A DNA stretch of 63,005 nt, counting the filler, from Actinomycetota bacterium (GTDB taxonomy: Bacteria; Actinomycetota; Acidimicrobiia; Spongiisociales; UBA4744), in the NCBI GenBank assembly GCA_013152275.1. It is 6 parts of 5 records of this genome, joined end to end, with 100 filler letters (N's around TTAATTAATTAA, not from the genome) between each part and the next. Parts side by side here need not be neighbours in the genome. Positions count along the whole stretch, not along the records: positions 59,354 to 63,005 come from JAADGS010000003.1; 5 more parts are not named here. The stretch is one strand, 5' to 3'. The stretch's first letter is position 1. Every line of letters starts with the position of its first letter. The notes under the pieces are model-generated. The model saw nothing but the letters and a program-made list of their open reading frames with translations, had not been told where the DNA came from and searched no databases. This document shows positions 60,837 through 63,005 of this stretch, piece after piece. Both the position numbers and the translations under genes were made by a program.

Positions 60837-61999
60837 TGCGGCTCCGCCGGCGACGGAGACCGCCGACGCCGCGACCGCCATCGATCCTGCTCGGCGAAGC
60901 GCAAGGCGGCGACCTGGCCGACTGGATTCACGACTGTTCCGTCTTCTACCCGGCCCCAGTCCTGGGGCGGCACCTCGTGGTGGTGGGAGGAACCGGCTCC
61001 GGGAAGACCGAGACACTACTCCGTCTCGCCTACGGCGCAGCAGCCGATCTGGGGTGGCAGGTCCTCTACCTCGACGCCAAGGGAGACCCCGCCAACGTCT
61101 CCCGATTCGTCAAGGCCATGGAGCACGCCGGAGTGGGACGAGTGAAGGTCTTCCCAGACGAGGCGTACGACGGCTGGCGGGGCGAACCTCTGGCGCTGCT
61201 CAACCGGCTGATGGCGGTCGAGGACTTCTCCGAGCCCTACTACCGGGCGACCACCAAGCTGCTGCTCGCCGAAGCGGTCAAACACCCGATCGGTCCACCT
61301 CGCTCGGCAGCCGACCTCGTCGACCGCCTGCGGGCAGGCAACCAGAGTCGGGAAGCGCAAGGAGCCGTCGCCCGCTACCGCGCGTTCTTCGAGGTGCTCG
61401 ACGGGAAGCTCGACGGGGACTGGGCGTTCGAGGACGTCGGCGCGGCCTACCTGCTGCTCGACGGTCTCGCCCTCAAGGAGGAGGCGACGGGCTTAGGCCG
61501 GTTCCTGGTGGAGGACTTCTCCCACTACGTGGCTCGCCGCAAACCGATCGACCGCCGAGTGCTGCTCGTCGTCGACGAGTTCTCAGCCCTATCGATGGAC
61601 GCCGACGCAGCCAACCTGTTCGAACGGGTCCGCAGCCTGGGAGCGGCGGTGATCGTCTCCAGCCAGTCGTACGCCGGCCTCGGCCACGGCGCCGACCGGA
61701 TCCTCGACGCCGCGGCGGGACTGATCTGCCACCAGAGCGCCGACCCGGAACGCCTGGCGGCCCGTGCCGGCACCCGGCCCAGCATCGAACGGACGATCCA
61801 GGTCTCGACCGAGGACGGCCCCACCGGGTTGGGGAGCCTCCGCCAGCAGGACGCCTTCCGTGTCCATCCGGACAAGGTCCGCCAGCTCGACGTCGGGGAG
61901 TGCTTCGTGATCGCCCAAGGTCGGGCGGCACGCGTTTCTGTCACACCGCTGCGATTCGATAGGGGAGTGGAACCGACGACGGCGAGGAGGACACGATGA
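60836..61999 (+). CDS. TraD/VirD4-like coupling ATPase
   Basis: HLVVVGGTGSGKT, LDAKGD, VVDEF, RSLG...SSQS. Confidence 0.75.
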   Translation: MRLRRRRRPPTPRPPSILLGEAQGGDLADWIHDCSVFYPAPVLGRHLVVVGGTGSGKTETLLRLAYGAAADLGWQVLYLDAKGDPANVSRFVKAMEHAGVGRVKVFPDEAYDGWRGEPLALLNRLMAVEDFSEPYYRATTKLLLAEAVKHPIGPPRSAADLVDRLRAGNQSREAQGAVARYRAFFEVLDGKLDGDWAFEDVGAAYLLLDGLALKEEATGLGRFLVEDFSHYVARRKPIDRRVLLVVDEFSALSMDADAANLFERVRSLGAAVIVSSQSYAGLGHGADRILDAAAGLICHQSADPERLAARAGTRPSIERTIQVSTEDGPTGLGSLRQQDAFRVHPDKVRQLDVGECFVIAQGRAARVSVTPLRFDRGVEPTTARRTR

Positions 62000-62048
62000 T
62001 CACGACACCGCTCTACCTGCTCTGATACTCGAGCTTCCGAATGTCCTT

Positions 62049-62768
62049 GTGCGCTTCCTGATCGCCTACGGGATCGTCAGTCTTCTCGGTGCATCCGACG
62101 ATCTTGCAATGGCCCTTGCCGGCGGGGTCGCGTTCCTTCCGCTGCTGCTGTCACTGGCGACCTTCTTGTTCGGTTTGCCCGGCGGATGGGGCCTCTACGG
62201 GGAGCTCGGTGCCCGGCGGCCGAGCCTGCGTGAGAAGGCGGTCTTCGAGCCAGTGCTGGCCAAGCTGCGCCGACGCGGTGGAAGGATGCCGAAGGCCTGG
62301 TTCGTCATCGACGACCCGGTGCCCAACGCTCAGACGTTGGGCAGGACCGTCTACGTCAACAGTGGGATGATCGGCCACCCGTCGCTCGAAGCAGCTCTCG
62401 CCCACGAATGTGGACACATCGAGACTCGAATCGGCGACAGGCTGCTCGCGCTCGTGCGTCTCGAGTTCCCCGGCCTGCGGGTTGTCCGCGTCTATATCGA
62501 CAGTATCGGCTGGACGATTACAGCCAAGATCGTGAGGGTCGTCTCAGGCGGCGTCTCGTGGGAGCTTCCGATCCTTCGGTCCCTGTGGGCCGCGTACTTC
62601 CGTCGTGGCGAACACGCGGCCGACCGATACGCCAAGAGGCTCGGCCACTCGTTTGAGCTCGCTGAGTACCTCGACGTCTACGAACGGCCCCTCGACGGTG
62701 CGACGCCGTTCCGACGTGGCCGGTCACATCCCTACGCTGAGCAGCGGATCGGACGGCTTCTCAAGTGA
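62049..62768 (+). CDS. M48-family zinc metallopeptidase, membrane-associated
   Basis: PNAQT, LAHECGH, EHAADRYA, SHP...RI. Confidence 0.75.
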   Translation: MRFLIAYGIVSLLGASDDLAMALAGGVAFLPLLLSLATFLFGLPGGWGLYGELGARRPSLREKAVFEPVLAKLRRRGGRMPKAWFVIDDPVPNAQTLGRTVYVNSGMIGHPSLEAALAHECGHIETRIGDRLLALVRLEFPGLRVVRVYIDSIGWTITAKIVRVVSGGVSWELPILRSLWAAYFRRGEHAADRYAKRLGHSFELAEYLDVYERPLDGATPFRRGRSHPYAEQRIGRLLK

Positions 62769-62868
62769 TGCCGCTTGGCGGGCTGATACCCCGACAGTCC
62801 CAGGGAGATCCTACGGAGTCCGACGACCCAGGAGGCGCCCTTCGGATTGGTTGCCGTCTGGCGTCTGG

Positions 62869-63005
62869 TCAGACGGTGTCGCGGGCGACCACGGTGTCGT
62901 AAAGGCCGTAGTGGGTGAGGCCAGGGTGCGAGTCGATGCCGGTGTAGGCGAGGCTGGAGTCTTCGTAGCGGCGGAACGCGAAGACAGCCTGGTTCATCTG
63001 CTCGG
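62869..63005 (-). CDS. 3' end of an unknown gene
   Basis: Open frame EQMNQAVFAFRRYEDSSLAYTGIDSHPGLTHYGLYDTVVARDTV* with GC3-rich codons. Confidence 0.45.
   Translation of the reverse strand, partial: EQMNQAVFAFRRYEDSSLAYTGIDSHPGLTHYGLYDTVVARDTV

Larger units (their letters stand above)
59354..62768. mobile_element. Fragment of an integrative/mobilisable element
   Basis: Divergent XRE repressor/excisionase, relaxase-like gene and coupling protein; no integrase in view. Confidence 0.6.

Noticed and set aside
58881..62768. Mobile element integrated at tRNA-Thr
   Set aside because: A DUF3263 gene and an artificial spacer separate them; no integrase or att duplication is visible.

Overview
High-GC actinobacterial DNA (Acidimicrobiia-like gene content; inference). 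It consists of six contig pieces joined by five artificial 100-bp N/TTAATTAATTAA spacers, so adjacency across the spacers is not biological. Piece 1 (1-15028): carbohydrate catabolism, with a HAD-IIA/TIM-barrel/GlpD/Pot-type ABC/GntR operon, nagA-Gfo-nagB, and SorC-epimerase-DhaKL. Piece 2 (15129-39481): L,D-transpeptidase, TetR-ABC exporter, a lasso-like RiPP cluster, dinG-patatin-mec-cysO-MBL-rph-rdgB, and an EPS locus (Wzc-like, GT4, WecB, fcl, gmd). Piece 3: decayed accessory DNA with an ECF sigma pair. Piece 4: pabABC-like genes, carAB, an OsmC-like protein with an in-frame UGA, DsrE, TusA, a nitroreductase and a NERD gene. Piece 5: PIN/TRAM, ispF, cysS, rlmB, tRNA-Thr. Piece 6: fragment of an integrative/mobilisable element. 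Main finding: an unannotated 40-aa precursor (23832-23954, minus; MKYETPQIKDFGSIAEHTFMPGDCKPRLLTFQQYDGCHHS) with a lasso-type leader. It sits with an RRE, B2 peptidase, HPr-kinase-like kinase, nucleotidyltransferase and ABC exporter, but there is no lasso cyclase and the core lacks the ring-forming acidic residue. This is a candidate cyclase-free, disulfide-closed, C-terminally phosphorylated RiPP system. Also notable: a probable selenoprotein, and three palindromic repeat families that bracket gene blocks and supply stop codons.
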